From positions 96,784,001 through 96,848,000 of the forward strand of contig NW_024704742.1 in the NCBI RefSeq assembly GCF_018977255.1: a stretch of 64,000 nt of DNA, written 5' to 3'. The notes beneath the pieces are model-generated. The model was not told the origin of the DNA. It searched no databases and was given only the letters and a program-made list of their open reading frames with translations. Shown here piece after piece: positions 41,424 to 54,222 of this stretch; position 1 is the stretch's first letter, and each line of letters starts with the position of its first letter. Position numbers and translations under genes: made by a program. This DNA is from Callorhinchus milii (Eukaryota).

Positions 41424-43883
41424 TTACACCTCAGGTACATGAACACTTGGTCCACAGAGCTCTGCCAGAATACCACTGTCATCAAAGAAAAGATTCATCT
41501 CAGCCAGGGCAGCAGTGAGGGGCTGGAGAGAAGAACAATCTGCGATGCGTATATTGGACACAGAAACAGAGGGTGAGGTGGGTAGAATGAAGTTAATGAT
41601 ATTATTGGATATGTTGGATATTCCTTTAAGAGTTAATTGACAATTAACAAAAGGACACTGGGAATGAGACAAAGTGTGTGGTTTAGAGTGGTGGATTTTT
41701 GAGTGTTTGGATTGACAAATAAAGAAGTTACTAACACACCCTTGATTTTGATTGAGTGATATTACATATATGGCAATACATGTCTGGTGCTGGTAACTTG
41801 TAGGTTTGTGACATGTTCTGGTTGTTGTTGTCATTGTTGTAATAGCCAGGTTTCTTCAACAGCTAACAATCTGAAAAAAATATATACCATATATAGTATA
41901 TTATGCTGAGGTGAAATAACCTGGTTCTCTCAATGTTTGCAGTTTATAGAAAAGTGTTGAGCAACATGAACCCTAACCCTCTCCAGGGGTCTATGTGATA
42001 TTGCAGCTACAATGTGCGCGTGTGGTCAAGTGGAGGTTGGGAAAAGTGTGAGATAGTTATAGACAAAAATCTTAATTTCTTTTTGATAATGTTTTCACCA
42101 TTTCAGTTTCCTTCTTTTCATACTTCTTTGACTTCTCTTCCAAACACTGCTATTTAACTTTTGTTTTGGGTTTGTTTCAGTTGGTAGGATTCTCAACTTT
42201 GGGTCCAGAAGATTGTGGACTGAGTTTGAGCCTTGAATTCATTCTTCTAGTCTTACTGTCCTGGCAGTGCTACCTCGTCTCTACCTGTCTGTTCAAGTTG
42301 ATATTAAAGATGCCCATGACAGTCTTCTACCCAGTGTCCTGACCCTCAGTCCTCTTTAATAATTGACCACTCACCTTATGCCTGGTTGTGTGCTTTTATG
42401 TATAAGAATGTCACTATATATATCAGTAATTATGTTAAACCAACAACAAGATTGCATTTGTATAGCGCCTTTCACGTCGGGAGGACGTCCCAAGGCGCTA
42501 GACAGTGTACAGCATTTCATCATTTAAAACATGACAAAATGCATCACATGCCAGCTCTTTTTATCTTCATGACTAGGTTTTTACTTTCATTCCATAATTT
42601 CTCTAGTGATATACTCTAGATTTGAAAATCCTGTAAACTTGGGTTTGCTTCCGTTCCACTTTATTTAATATTTTTTAATTTAATTATTTATTTGAAGTTG
42701 GCCTCTTTGTCCTTCTGTCTGCCCATTTGTCCTTTACTTTCTCTGGTGGCTGATTAGGACTTGCCTCCCTCACTTGCCTTGGGGCAGTTCCTCTTTTTGG
42801 CTCAGCCCCCACCCCTTGAAATGTTCACAGTACTGGGATCAGGGACATAGTGCAGTGTGCACCAGACCTGCAATGCACAGCACCACTGGTCCAGTGAGAC
42901 TGTACTCATATATTTATGTACATCATACCACACAAGGGAGAGCTGCAAACAGGAATAGAACTGGATATTTTAGGAAAGTGAATAAAAATAACAGGAAAAG
43001 GAATTTAACATAGGATTTTGCGCAGGTACTAAGTACTCAACTGTCCCTACTACAAGCATTACTTGGAAAATTTTCTCCCTCCAATTTCTTCCCTCTTAAA
43101 TTCTACAGGTACCCTCCATACCTCACCCAAACATTCTCCATTTAAATGTGAGTAAACCTGTCTACTTACCTCTTCAAATCCCACAATGAACTCACATCAT
43201 TCCACATCCCAACAACTTTATTTTCCTAAAATCTCCTTTCACTGACCCCCCACCCAGTGGAAATAGCTTTTCCCATTTAGCCTGTCCAAATCCTTCATTT
43301 TGTATACCTCTCTCAAGCTTCTCAGATGCTAGGGAAAGACTTTTTCCAATCCCTTGGTCACTAAATTATTCTTTTAGATCTCTACACACCCTCACACAAG
43401 GACCTGTCTTTCGGGAAAATGATACCAAAAGTTGAACACAGTACTCCAATAGTGGCCTAACCAATGATTTTATATCCCACATTTTTCAAATCAAATGTAA
43501 TGTTATATTGTTGTGTAGAATTTTCCTCCTTGGGAACCTTATTATATTGATTTACATCTCATTCAAAGCACTTCACAGGATTTACTGTAAACTCAAGTGG
43601 GGAATGCAAATTTGAAGATGAACATCGTTGGAACAACAACAACTTGGATTTATATAGCGCCCTCCGTGGCAGACGGCGTCTCAGAGCAGATCATTCCAAT
43701 AAAACCATGTTTACAGTATTTGGTAACTTTCTACAGTTGATCTCAAACTGCCCTCACATCCCAAATATCTGAAGCAAATACAAACAGCATATTTCAATTT
43801 GTCAAATTAAATTGACACGTGTAGTCGAGTTAGGTCACTAACAAACATTTACAACTAGGTGCAAAGCAAGTGCAATGAAAGAT

Positions 43884-43991
43884 TTTATTATTTAATAATC
43901 CAAAATGTACTTAAGGCACATTGGTGTTACCAGGACACACTTGTTACTGTGAAGTTGACAAAGTTGTTAATGATCCGTTCCCCATTTTATT
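43884..43991 (-). terminator. Candidate PSAT1 polyadenylation signals (AATAAA at 43991-43986 and 43889-43884; ATTAAA at 43896-43891)
   Basis: Hexamers on the coding strand 400-500 nt after the stop codon; actual cleavage site unknown. Confidence 0.55.
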
Positions 43992-44386
43992 TACAATTGT
44001 GTACATTGAGGAGGATTATATTGGTCGATGTTTTCATTAGATGAGTTCTGCAGCAGAATAGCTTAGTTATGAGCAAGGGCAGGATTTGTGGAAAGGAAAC
44101 AAAATATGGGAAAAGACAATTCCAATATTTGGGTAGTATGTGGTTCTCCCCTAAGNAAAAAGACAAAAACAGTACTTCATCCATCCCTTGACAGGTAAAG
44201 GTACAGTAGAGTGAACTGCTGTATCAGTTAATCTATTCAGTATATACATTTGTAAACCAGGCCCGTAACAATATGTCTAATGAGCTTTACAAAAACTATT
44301 AGTGAGAACAGCACAAGTCAAGAGTTAAGTTAGATCATACAGAGAACCTACCCAAAACACATTAGACTGTTACATTATTGCAATAA

Positions 44387-44492
44387 TTAAACTTGATGTT
44401 CTTTCATAAACTCAATCATCAACTCTGCCAGTTTCTGAGTTTCTTCCACAGTCACAGCATTGTAGAGGGAGGCACGAATTCCACCAACTGAC
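44387..44492 (-). CDS. PSAT1: PSAT1 exon 9 coding part (106 nt, [14 protein letters not shown]...KEHQV*)
   Basis: [10 protein letters not shown] motif, CAG acceptor, TAA at 44389-44387. Confidence 0.97.
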
Positions 44493-47400
44493 CTGCGGAG
44501 AGCAACATACAAGTTAGTGGATGTTCTGTATTACAGGACAAGTTAGTCTTCATCCAAAAGTCACTCTGCCGAGTTGCTCATTTAAGCAACTACACATTAA
44601 AATATGCATCTCGTACATCTAAATCATGACTCATTTGATGTCCTGAAGCTTTGATCCACAACACTCCAAAAGCTCATCTAGGCTGACAAATCAGTGCAGA
44701 ACAAAAGCACTATTTAGAGGTATAATCAATCAGATACATTAATCCAAGATCTTCCCTTGCTTACCTGTTCTAGTTTACCATTTCAAAGAACAGGAACTTC
44801 TCATAGTATCCTGGTAAATATATAACATTATATATCTATATATATATAAAATTTATAACATTGCTATTCATTTCATTGTGCATTGCATGACATGGGTGGC
44901 TAGACTCACCATGCTTCAAGTTTAGTGCGAAGTTTGAGACAGACATCTACTGCTAAACGTTTTCCTAAAATTACTCAATGTTCACTTTGATGTGAACCAA
45001 AAGTTAGTTAATATATAAAAGAGTGCCACATATGGGTTTGGAGGTTTACCTATGGCCTTTTAGTGAAATCATGTTACATTTAGCAGCTTCATTAAGGAAC
45101 TCCTTTTCCAGTGCATCATCTCCATTTGCATTTCCAATACGGAATGGAATGTTCATTCTGCTTCTGCAGTTTGAAGCAAGTGGACATCTAAAAAAACAAA
45201 AGCCTTTAGTGAACTGATCTTTAAATTAGATCAAGAATCTCAATTGCATAATGAAATATGAACCAAACTTACACATAGAATCCATTGGATCCATCTATTA
45301 TATTGTAAATCAGCTTTGATTTAGCAATACTGTTCTGTTCCATTGCTTGAATACCCCCAGTGTCTTTAATCCATTCCAGAACCAGGCCCATAATATAAAT
45401 ACTGAAAGAAAACCACACATATTTTATATGAAGGAATCAATGATGTGTATGCATTGTGTAAAATCAAGCATTTTTTGAAGTCATTCTAAAATCACAAAGT
45501 CAATAGTTTATATATAGGTTAATTGCAAATATTCAATACGAACACTCAGGAGGGCTCTTCCAACAAAGCAGATCAATACATTTTCCTTCAAATATTTATG
45601 CCACAGCTATTGAACGACTCAGAGCTTGAAAAGGCACACAGCTTAATTATATTTGGCACAGGAGAAAAAGTAGTGTTTTGAAAGTCCAAATCATAATTCA
45701 TATCAGTAGTTAACAGAAACCATCTGCAATGATGCATAATTAATCCAGAGACAGAAGCACTCACACAGGAAAACATTAGGTAAGCAGGATATGTCCCATC
45801 GGGATTACTTCTTAGTGACTGGAGTAGTTTTCATTCTTCCCAGAGACAACAGCATATTGCACAGGTAGATCAAAAGTCAGGTGTTCACCATACAACATGA
45901 ATACAACATTAGAGAAAGTTTTACAAAATCCACAGCTGCTAGGGTCACTGAAGAGGATCTTTTGTTGTTACAAGAGCAGAAAACAAAGACAAGATACTAG
46001 AAGCACCAGTGCAACCACAATGAAAGGGAACAACTTGTACCTGTAGCATGGTGGAGTGTTGTAGAGTGAATTGCTGCTCACTTCCACTTTGTAATCAAAA
46101 ACAATTGGGCACTCCTTAAGGGCAAATCCCAAGAGATCTTCTCGGATTATTACCACCGTCACTCCTGCACAGCCAGCATTCTTCTGAGCACCAGCAAAGA
46201 TCATTCCAAACTGCAGAAAGGAATTCATCTAATCAGTTATATCAGCTTGTCAATTTGCCAATGACAAACAAGGCATTTTCTAAACAGATTTTATACAAAC
46301 AATAATGCAGAAAATTGTTGCTGTATAATGCAGTGATAGTTGTAACCATTTAATGTGGCAATCCTTAATCTTTCATGCCATATTTTATATTGTATTATTA
46401 CCACAACCAGAAACATTGCAACATTAATGAAGCAGTGTTTAATACTTCCAGAGGAACAAAATAGTCATAGCCTGGCTCAGGAACCAGACCATCAAAACCA
46501 TCACAAAGGGCTGGCTCGATTCTGACTTTCTGTTGCCAAACACGTCACCTTAGAGCAAGTTCAGCTCCAGGAAGACACTGTTGCATAGGAGTCACCTTGG
46601 AGACCTGCTAGAGAAAGTCATGAGATAGTCATCATACAGTTTATGAATGGGACAATAGTTTTCACATTACTTCTGCCATTACCAAGGATTCAGTCCTTTA
46701 CTTGGGGACTCTATAACATTAGCAGCTTCTAGGTACTCAGTCATTTATATATGCAGAAGCTGTGGTCCCATTGAACATAAATATGCAGATATTGCCAGAA
46801 GAGCCTATCAAAATATCCACCATCGTACCAACTGCTAAAAACAACAACTTGCATTTATATAGTGCATTCCACACAGGGTAGCGTCCAACAATGACCAAGC
46901 TATTCCAGATTTACTGCTGCTGTTTCTAATGTCAACTGTACCCCAGAATGAGACTTCACTGCATCCATTAAGCATGCATAACAGTTTCTAATCGAGGCAA
47001 CAATACTTAGTCCTGACTTTCACCTAGGTCAATACTCAAAGTACTTTTCAGAGTCAGTGAGCAACATTGAGCAAATTGGGAACCAGGTTAAAAAAGGGGG
47101 GGAGGGAGAAGAATGAGAAAAGAAGAGAAGGGAGATGGCAAAAGGCACTGGATAGTTTTTTTTTTAAAAAGTGGATAGTTCCAGAGAACAAGAAAAGTGG
47201 CTAAAATCTCAGCCACCAATGAAACACAGGAGAACCATGGAGCAACAATTTGGAATAAGCATTTGGCTGCTTCCATCTAAACTACATTACTCTTACTGGG
47301 GAAGTACCTTGGATACATCCACTGGCTTTGAAAGAAAATTTGACGACATGTCACAGACCAGTACGGTTCCTTTTGTGTCTGGGATAAAGGGGAACTCCAC

Positions 47401-50400
47401 ACCATGTACAGTCTCATTGGCACAATAGTACACATAAGAGGCACGGGGATTCAAGTTCCAGTTATTTGGATCAGGGATTTCTAGAAGACAAAGAAGGCAT
47501 TACATATACTATATAAAATTCAAGATTAAGAAAATAATTTATATTAGCTATGAACATTCTACTAAAGTTGAATATATACAATCAATTCACAAAATGCAGT
47601 CAATTCTGTAAATTCCACAGAATATGCAGTCAATTCACTTTACAGCATATTCTAGGAAGCCCTTTCAGACATCTCAACAATGCGATATGGTGCTATATCA
47701 CCCACAAGGATTATTATGAAAGTTTCAATCAGCATTAGTCAAATTCTGGATTCCATCATAGTCACATTCCTCCTCTAGTCACTGTATCAACGATACAATT
47801 ATTAATGGTCATTTTATTTCCTTTGATAGGAGGAATATTGTGCTAAATAAACTTATGATTTTGTTTATCTAGAATACTGGATCACAGAAGTTCATTCAGC
47901 CCCCAGTGTGGGCTACACCAGTTCCCCACTTTAGCAACCTGCTCTGCTATTTCCTCTTACTCTTTCATATCACCATTCTCTAAATGGAGCAATTACAAAG
48001 TGTTTGTAGCCATTTATACATCGACTCAATTCTACCTGCATTCATTTTTACCACCACTTACTGACTTACTTGTGTATGCATCAAGTTTGGGGTGGATGAG
48101 ATTCACTGTCCCATACTTTGCTGCTTCTTTTGCTGCATTGGCAGACCAGGCTCCAGTAACCATATAATCTGCACACCTCTCTTCCTTCAATCCAATAAGG
48201 TTTAAAGGGACAGCACTGAACTGACCAGTGCCACCGCCCTGGAGGAAGATTACTTTGTAGTTGTCTGGGATATTTCTGCATTAACAGACAGAAAATGTAC
48301 AAGATTCAATACAGACAACTATTATAGCTTTATGCAAAACTATTTGAAAGGATCATTGGGATACAGTGAGTTGTAGAACTGTTGTATACATTTTGGCAAT
48401 TTGCTGCCTAACAGAAGGTCAGACAGCACCAGATGGACTAGGCACAAGTTCAATTGTTCTCCAAAGCCTTTGGGAACTTTTGAGCATTATATTAAAGGAA
48501 ATTACATGATTTAATGTTAAACATTTCATTTTGGTTTGGCTCAATTCAAAGTGGCGTAGAGCAAGCAGATTAAATCCAGCTACATCAATGCTGCCAGGAT
48601 TGAAGCAGCATTCCCAAAGGCAATATGACTGCAAAGTTAAATACATTCTACAGTAGCTAATTCTTAGCAATTATTGAATATTCTGCTGTAAAGCACCATT
48701 CATTATTCAATTCAAGTTGTTGTTGGTTAATTTAAGCACATTTGCTTCTTACAGCAATTCCCGGAGATTACTTTCTGCCGAGTTGATAATTTTGATGAAG
48801 TCTGAAGATCTATGGCTCATTTCTGTTTGGGGGTAAAAAAAAAGGCCATTAAAATACAAAAACAAGCAACAAAGTCTCACAGCATGTAAAGGATCATCTG
48901 CCCAGGAACTCACCCATTACACTGATTCCAAGTCCTTTGTAGTCCAGAAGCTCCTTCTGTGCTTGCAGCAAAACCTGGAGAGGAAACAGCATTTATCACA
49001 GTCAATCGCTTACCACAGATCTCACTTCATAACTGAATGCACCCAAAGAAAAGCAAGAGTTCATCCAAATTTCAAGGGAACACAAAAAGTCCCAAGTAGA
49101 TATAATTAGGGCTGACAGGTCCTTAGGGGACTGTTCATACTAATTTCTCAACATTTCACTGCATTCCTTTTCTTAAAAAAAGAAAAAGGTACACCCATTG
49201 GCAATGGTCTGGGTATATCAGGACATTATATGAGCCTCCATATCTGATGGCTATTTGTACTGCTTTAAATATTCCAGAATCACTATGCAGTTGAAATATT
49301 CTCCTATAAGCAATACAAGTGAATTGAAAGAGGTACTAGAGGCCAGAATACACTTAGGTACAAATCAGTAGCATTATCTGAAGAACGAAAAGCAGCCTCA
49401 ACATCCACAGTGATGATCAATGATCACAGGATATGAAAGAGAAGCTCACAAATATTTTTTGTGCATGTTTTATGTTCTAATACTTAGTTAGAAGAACAAG
49501 ACTACCTCCATCTTATTACCATAAAGCTTACTGCAATACTACTGGTTGCCTGGAAACATACACAACAGCCAATTCTTGCTTCTACAGAGCTAGCTATTTC
49601 AATCTTTTTCAGGTCCTTTCAGGAGCTGAAAGGAAGTGAATTCTTCCACTCAGACAAGTCTATCCCCACAAGCTCTTATCCACTCTTCACACAGGACACG
49701 TTTTAGAAATCCATTATCCAATGATTTTAGAAATTAAAAGTAATGGTGTCACTACTCTGCAGACTCATTATGAAATAAAGGGGCATATCCTTCACTCAAG
49801 CAAATACAGTATTATCAGAAACTATTCAATAGAACTGCATAAGCTTCAAACAAGTTCAATACAGTACAAGTCATAAGCTTATTCAATCCAGCATCTCTTC
49901 TTTCCCCACTCTCCCATCAATCACAACTGCATTTTATACTACCCTGGGCTGCAGAACCATTGCATGTTCAGTCATCACATCAGGATGGAGAAATTACAAA
50001 AAAAATACTCCTTGGTTCTACATCAATCCCATAGAATACCTAACAAGATGTATTTAATAGTGTTAAATCTCCTTCCACAGCCCATCTTAAGCTACTGTAC
50101 AACCTCAAAAACCAAACTCAGAATGCTCACAACACCAGTGTACTTATTTTGCACATCAGTCATTTTTGTGACTAGAGTAAGTATGTCAATTGTGGCCAGT
50201 TTTGCATTTACTTTCTAGAGTTTGGGTTGAAATTGTCCTTGCTAGATATGACTATCAAAAGTGAAAAGCATATGCAAAAGTCAACTGGTTTGCTAAAACA
50301 TGAGGTTCTGAGACAGGGGGAAGAGGATGGTATTGCTAATGCCAATTTATAAGGAGAAATGTTGGAATACTCACATCTGTAATGGTTTAAAAGTCAAACC

Positions 50401-53400
50401 TTTGATGAGATTAAACTTTTGAAATTGTTAATTTAATATCTATGCAGCAACAACAAGTTTTTTTATATGTTAATGCAACATATTTGATATCCATCTTAAA
50501 TATTTAACAGCTGGTATCAATTAATTTAAGGTGTCAATTGCAAAATTGCAATAGTAATTCTACTCTAGAGCCAAAGCTAAAGGACGTAGTTTGATGGATG
50601 CAATTTATTGCTACCATTTGATAGCTCATCTATTTAATTGACAGTCTGCACTATTTATATTCTAGTAGTATATTGCTGGTATTTACAGCTCAAGACATTT
50701 AAACTTGCAGTATTATTCAGATAAATATTCACTACCAGTGATCAGTAACTTCTCAGAGCAGCTTTAAACCTACATCAAGCGAATTTATTACAAAAAAAAC
50801 AGGAATTGCATGGCATCATGTATCGACGAAAATGTTATCTAGGTTGTATACTAAAATCCAGAAAAGTTATACGAGGCTCAGGTACTTATGACTTGCTAAT
50901 CACTTGGTTAAGCAGATACACAATTGTCCAGTTTAAATCTTGCAGAAGTGGTACATAGTTTATAGCTTGAAATGAATGGGAACACTCCGCTCCATGGATT
51001 TACAAATTAAGCAGAGCTGCATCTTAAACAGTCGCAGCTGTGCATTCCTAACCTCAACCCCCTGGCGGCATAAGAGAAAAAGCAGAAGCAGAGTCAACGG
51101 TCAAAATCAATCACCAAACCCAACAAGTAGAAATCAGCAGATGAAGGCAGGAACTCACTCTAAAAGGAACACATATTTCATTGTTGATCAGTCAATCCAC
51201 TGCTTCCCCCTTCACAATTTCTGGGCAAAATGATCTTGGGGCAAGTTTAAAGGAGAAATGGATCAATTCTACCTGCTAAACAGTTTAAGCTGCAATGCAA
51301 TGTACAAAATGATGGGGGGTGGGGGGCAAAAATCACATTACACCATCAGAGCCAGATTTCTCCTCCTCAGTTTAAACAATGAGTGCAGCAACTGCTGTGA
51401 TCTTAAGCACGGTTCATTCAAGCACCGCAAACAAACCACTGAAGATTTTCATGATGGGAAATAAAGAATGTTTGTGCTATTCTAATCAAAAGGAATAAAA
51501 AAGGCAAAAATAAAACTAAAGATGTTGCAAACTGACTGGGAAGAGTTTAGAAGTCAAAAGCAGCAGCATTTGTTTTTACGAGAACTGAAAATGCATCAAG
51601 TGGACGTTGAATACAAATCTAATGGAGAAAGGTCGGACTTCAGACACAACAACAAGGAAAAATACAACCAGCACAGATAGCTTGCCTGAAACACAAAAAC
51701 TATCAATCAACTCCTTGATTCCCATCTATGCAGTTAGCTGATCTTATTTGGAGCAGCTGTCTGGGGCCTACAGTTTAGGTTTACATTGATAATTAGGTGG
51801 GTTCTCTCTCCATCTCATCTTACAAAAATAGTCAATAACGCAAGCAGGAGGTTTTCTCCCAAGACAAACTGTATTAACACGAAGCAGACAGCTTTACTCT
51901 ATTGAACCTAGAAGTGCTTCACGTCGATACTGGATGATAAATACAGAAATTTCCCCAGTATAAACATCCCATAAAAGATATTTAGCCCCTTGGATGCATA
52001 CTGCAAGTAAGCCTAGAGGTTAAACACATGACCACATCACAAGCATCTCATCAGAAGAATAAAAAATTATATAGACAGAAGGAAAACGTTCAACCCATCT
52101 GTGTTGGTACTAGTGCCACCACTGGTAGAATATACACTAACTCCCTATCCTCAACATTTTTCTTCATGTATTTTTCCCGCTTTCCTTTAAATAAAGTCAA
52201 ACACAACTCCAGCAGTCACTTGAACCTTGCATGAATAATTCTTGACCAGACAAAAAAAAGATTAGTTTCATTGCTTATCAAACTCAACAGCAACACTTAA
52301 TGTGCATCCACCTCCTCTTTGAATGCAAATATTTCTGAAGTAAAGTACAAGGTTCCACCCCACTTTTATCTGTAGAGCCAACAGTGATATTCAACTTAAT
52401 CTGTTCCTTAACATAAACTTGTTTAAATGTTACTGAAATAGTCGACAAAAGTCATCTGAGTCACCATCTTAGACTCCCACTTAGCATTGACACTATATTT
52501 TTTTGACACTATATTTTGCCAAAGCATTAACCATTAGATCCCTTTTCTTCCCCTCTCCTTCAGCCCCTTTAAAACAGTGACTTTTTTTTAAAAAAAACAC
52601 TCCAAGAAGCACCTTCACTGATAGAGTGAAAAGTGGCCAACCTATTCACTAACATTATAGGACAGGTTCCACCAGTTAGGTTTTAAAAACCCTGCTCTGG
52701 GTGCCTGGGAAATCCTCCTTGAGTGAATGTTACCGAGCTTCTTTGCATGCAACCACACAAAGAAATATGCAACCGCGCAAAGAAATATGCAACCGCGCAA
52801 AGAAATATGCAACCACACAAAGAAATATGCAACCGCGCAAAGAAATATGCAACCGCGCAAAGAAATATGCAACCAAGAAACACTTCCTTACAATCAAAGA
52901 TGTTATATTAACATTTAAACCGCCTTCTGGTCCTGAAGCCACCATTACACCATTTGTATAATAAATCCCTGCATCAAGAACATCTCAAAACATGAAAAAA
53001 AAACATTACTGCCAGAAACAATGACTATATTGAGGCAAATAAGCAATTGACATACACTGACCCAACAAAAAAAAACAAGTGGAATGTACAATTCTCCAGA
53101 TGCAAGAGATCAACAATATTCACATTACAGTTTCTAATTGGGGATCTGGCAAAATACTCACTGCTTTTCAGATGTAGATTAACCCACTGGGTTTTGCTGG
53201 CATTTTCCCACAAGAAAATGCTATTAATAATTATAATGCTTGAAAAGCAGATAAGTAACTCAATGGGATTAACATCACACACATCTTACAATGAATCTGA
53301 AGGATGAGCATCGGAGGGGGAGGACAAGTAAAACAACATCCATTCCAGGGGGGGAGGGGGTGGGGGGGGAGGGGGGGGGGGGGGGGGGGGGAGGGGGGGG

Positions 53401-53603
53401 GGGGGGGGGGGAGTTGTCATCAGTCCCCACTTTTTTTAAGCATTGCAGACACTTTTCCACTGGATGATCCGCCACCCGCGCCGGACACCGACCGAGCAGA
53501 GGGCGGGGAGCACACACATCACATCACATCTCACCGAGTGCGGGAGCTTAGAAGGACCGGGAGCAAAGTTGATGACTTTCTTGGTGCTGCTGTTATGGTC
53601 CAT
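44387..53603 (-). CDS. PSAT1: Phosphoserine aminotransferase 1, spliced CDS join(53535-53603,48914-48974,48753-48822,48070-48275,47308-47480,46041-46210,45273-45401,45050-45187,44387-44492); 1122 nt, 373 aa
   Basis: Nine exons splice in frame with GT-AG boundaries. Translation runs [23 protein letters not shown]...EMSHRS...[10 protein letters not shown]...[13 protein letters not shown]...CDMSS...FAGAQKN (PLP lysine)...LYNTPP...SRMNIPF...[17 protein letters not shown]...EHQV*. Internal exon sizes 61/70/206/173/170/129/138 match the vertebrate PSAT1 structure. Confidence 0.98.
45050..45187 (-). CDS. PSAT1: PSAT1 exon 8 (138 nt, [18 protein letters not shown]...ISLKGHR)
   Basis: RSxMN and LKGHR motifs, TAG/GTAAA boundaries. 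Confidence 0.97.
45273..45401 (-). CDS. PSAT1: PSAT1 exon 7 (129 nt, [16 protein letters not shown]...GSNGFY)
   Basis: In-frame translation, CAG/GTAAGT boundaries. Confidence 0.97.
46041..46210 (-). CDS. PSAT1: PSAT1 exon 6 (170 nt, [18 protein letters not shown]...LYNTPPCY)
   Basis: PLP-binding AQKN motif; lies within ORF 45968..46228; CAG/GT boundaries. Confidence 0.98.
47308..47480 (-). CDS. PSAT1: PSAT1 exon 5 (173 nt, [11 protein letters not shown]...NETVHGVEF...[16 protein letters not shown])
   Basis: NET and DMSS motifs, TAG/GT boundaries. Confidence 0.97.
48070..48275 (-). CDS. PSAT1: PSAT1 exon 4 (206 nt, [19 protein letters not shown]...TGAWS...HPKLDAYT)
   Basis: QGGG and TGAWS motifs, CAG/GTAAGT boundaries. 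Confidence 0.97.
48753..48822 (-). CDS. PSAT1: PSAT1 exon 3 (70 nt, [24 protein letters not shown])
   Basis: SHRS motif, CAG/GTAAG boundaries. Confidence 0.97.
48914..48974 (-). CDS. PSAT1: PSAT1 exon 2 (61 nt, [20 protein letters not shown])
   Basis: CAG acceptor, GTGAGT donor, in-frame translation. Confidence 0.96.
52747..52874. repeat. 20-bp minisatellite ATGCAACC(ACAC/GCGC)AAAGAAAT x6.4 in PSAT1 intron 1
   Basis: Units read directly; order A-B-B-A-B-B. Confidence 0.96.
53348..53411. repeat. Poly-G tract in PSAT1 intron 1
   Basis: 64 nt of nearly pure G. Confidence 0.92.
53535..53603 (-). CDS. PSAT1: PSAT1 exon 1 coding part (69 nt, [23 protein letters not shown])
   Basis: ATG in a strong context (aacgATGG), NFxPGP motif, donor GTGAG at 53534. 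Confidence 0.95.
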
Positions 53604-53630
53604 CGTTTAGTTTTTCCGTCACACGGCGAC

Positions 53631-53765
53631 CAGAGCAGAGCAGAGCAGCGCAGACCAGTGCAGAGCAAAGCAGTGCAGAGCAGCGCAGACCAGTGCAGAG
53701 CAAAGCAGTGCAGTGCAGAGCGGCGCAGACCAGTGCAGTGCAGAGCGGTGCAGTGCAGAGCAGCG
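53631..53765. repeat. Cryptic pentamer tandem repeat (CAGAG/CAGTG/CAGCG/CAGAC) just upstream of the PSAT1 ATG
   Basis: About 27 consecutive CAGNG-type pentamers read directly. Confidence 0.92.
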
Positions 53766-54222
53766 CCTGGTGCTCGCTCAGAGGATCACTCCGGCAGCTC
53801 CTGTGTAACTCTCAGCTGTGGTGAGCCTCGCTCTGTGCTCGTCCCCTCCGGGGAGCAGCTGACTGCAGGGAAACAAAAGGGACCCTCTGCTCTGCTCTGC
53901 CCCCACACACGCACACACACGCAGACTGCGTTGAGCCCGTGCGGATTGGTGGGTCCCCGTGTTCAGGAGCACACCATTGGCTCGACACGGCCCCGGTTCA
54001 CGAGGCGGCTGCGTGCTCTCCGGGTCTAACTCGCTCACGCAAGGGCGCTGCGGATTGCACCAGCAGCCTCCTGCCTGGACCGGCTCGGCTCGGCTCTGCT
54101 CTGCTGTGCTGGCAGCACAGGGGGATAATTAATGCCACTTAATCCCCATTGAAGAATCTCACTCTGTTCATTGTTCGTCAAGCAACAAAAAAACACAAAA
54201 AAACTGCAGAGGATTAGTTGGC

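Larger units (their letters stand above)
53460..54110 (-). promoter_or_regulatory. CpG-rich PSAT1 promoter/exon 1 region with two CCAAT boxes (53945-53949, 53976-53980)
   Basis: Visibly GC- and CpG-rich relative to AT-rich flanks; spans the start codon; two same-strand CCAAT boxes 31 bp apart. Confidence 0.75.

Noticed and set aside
34788..44156. Single N bases at 34788 and 44156
   Set aside because: Assembly ambiguities next to homopolymers; no biological meaning and outside the CDS.
52642..52961. Six overlapping repetitive ORFs, or a CRISPR-like array
   Set aside because: Head-to-tail 20-bp minisatellite with no unique spacers and no cas genes, in a eukaryotic intron.
53304..54029. 241-aa plus-strand ORF
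   Set aside because: Antisense to PSAT1 exon 1; stays open because of the poly-G tract, the pentamer array and high GC; low-complexity product.
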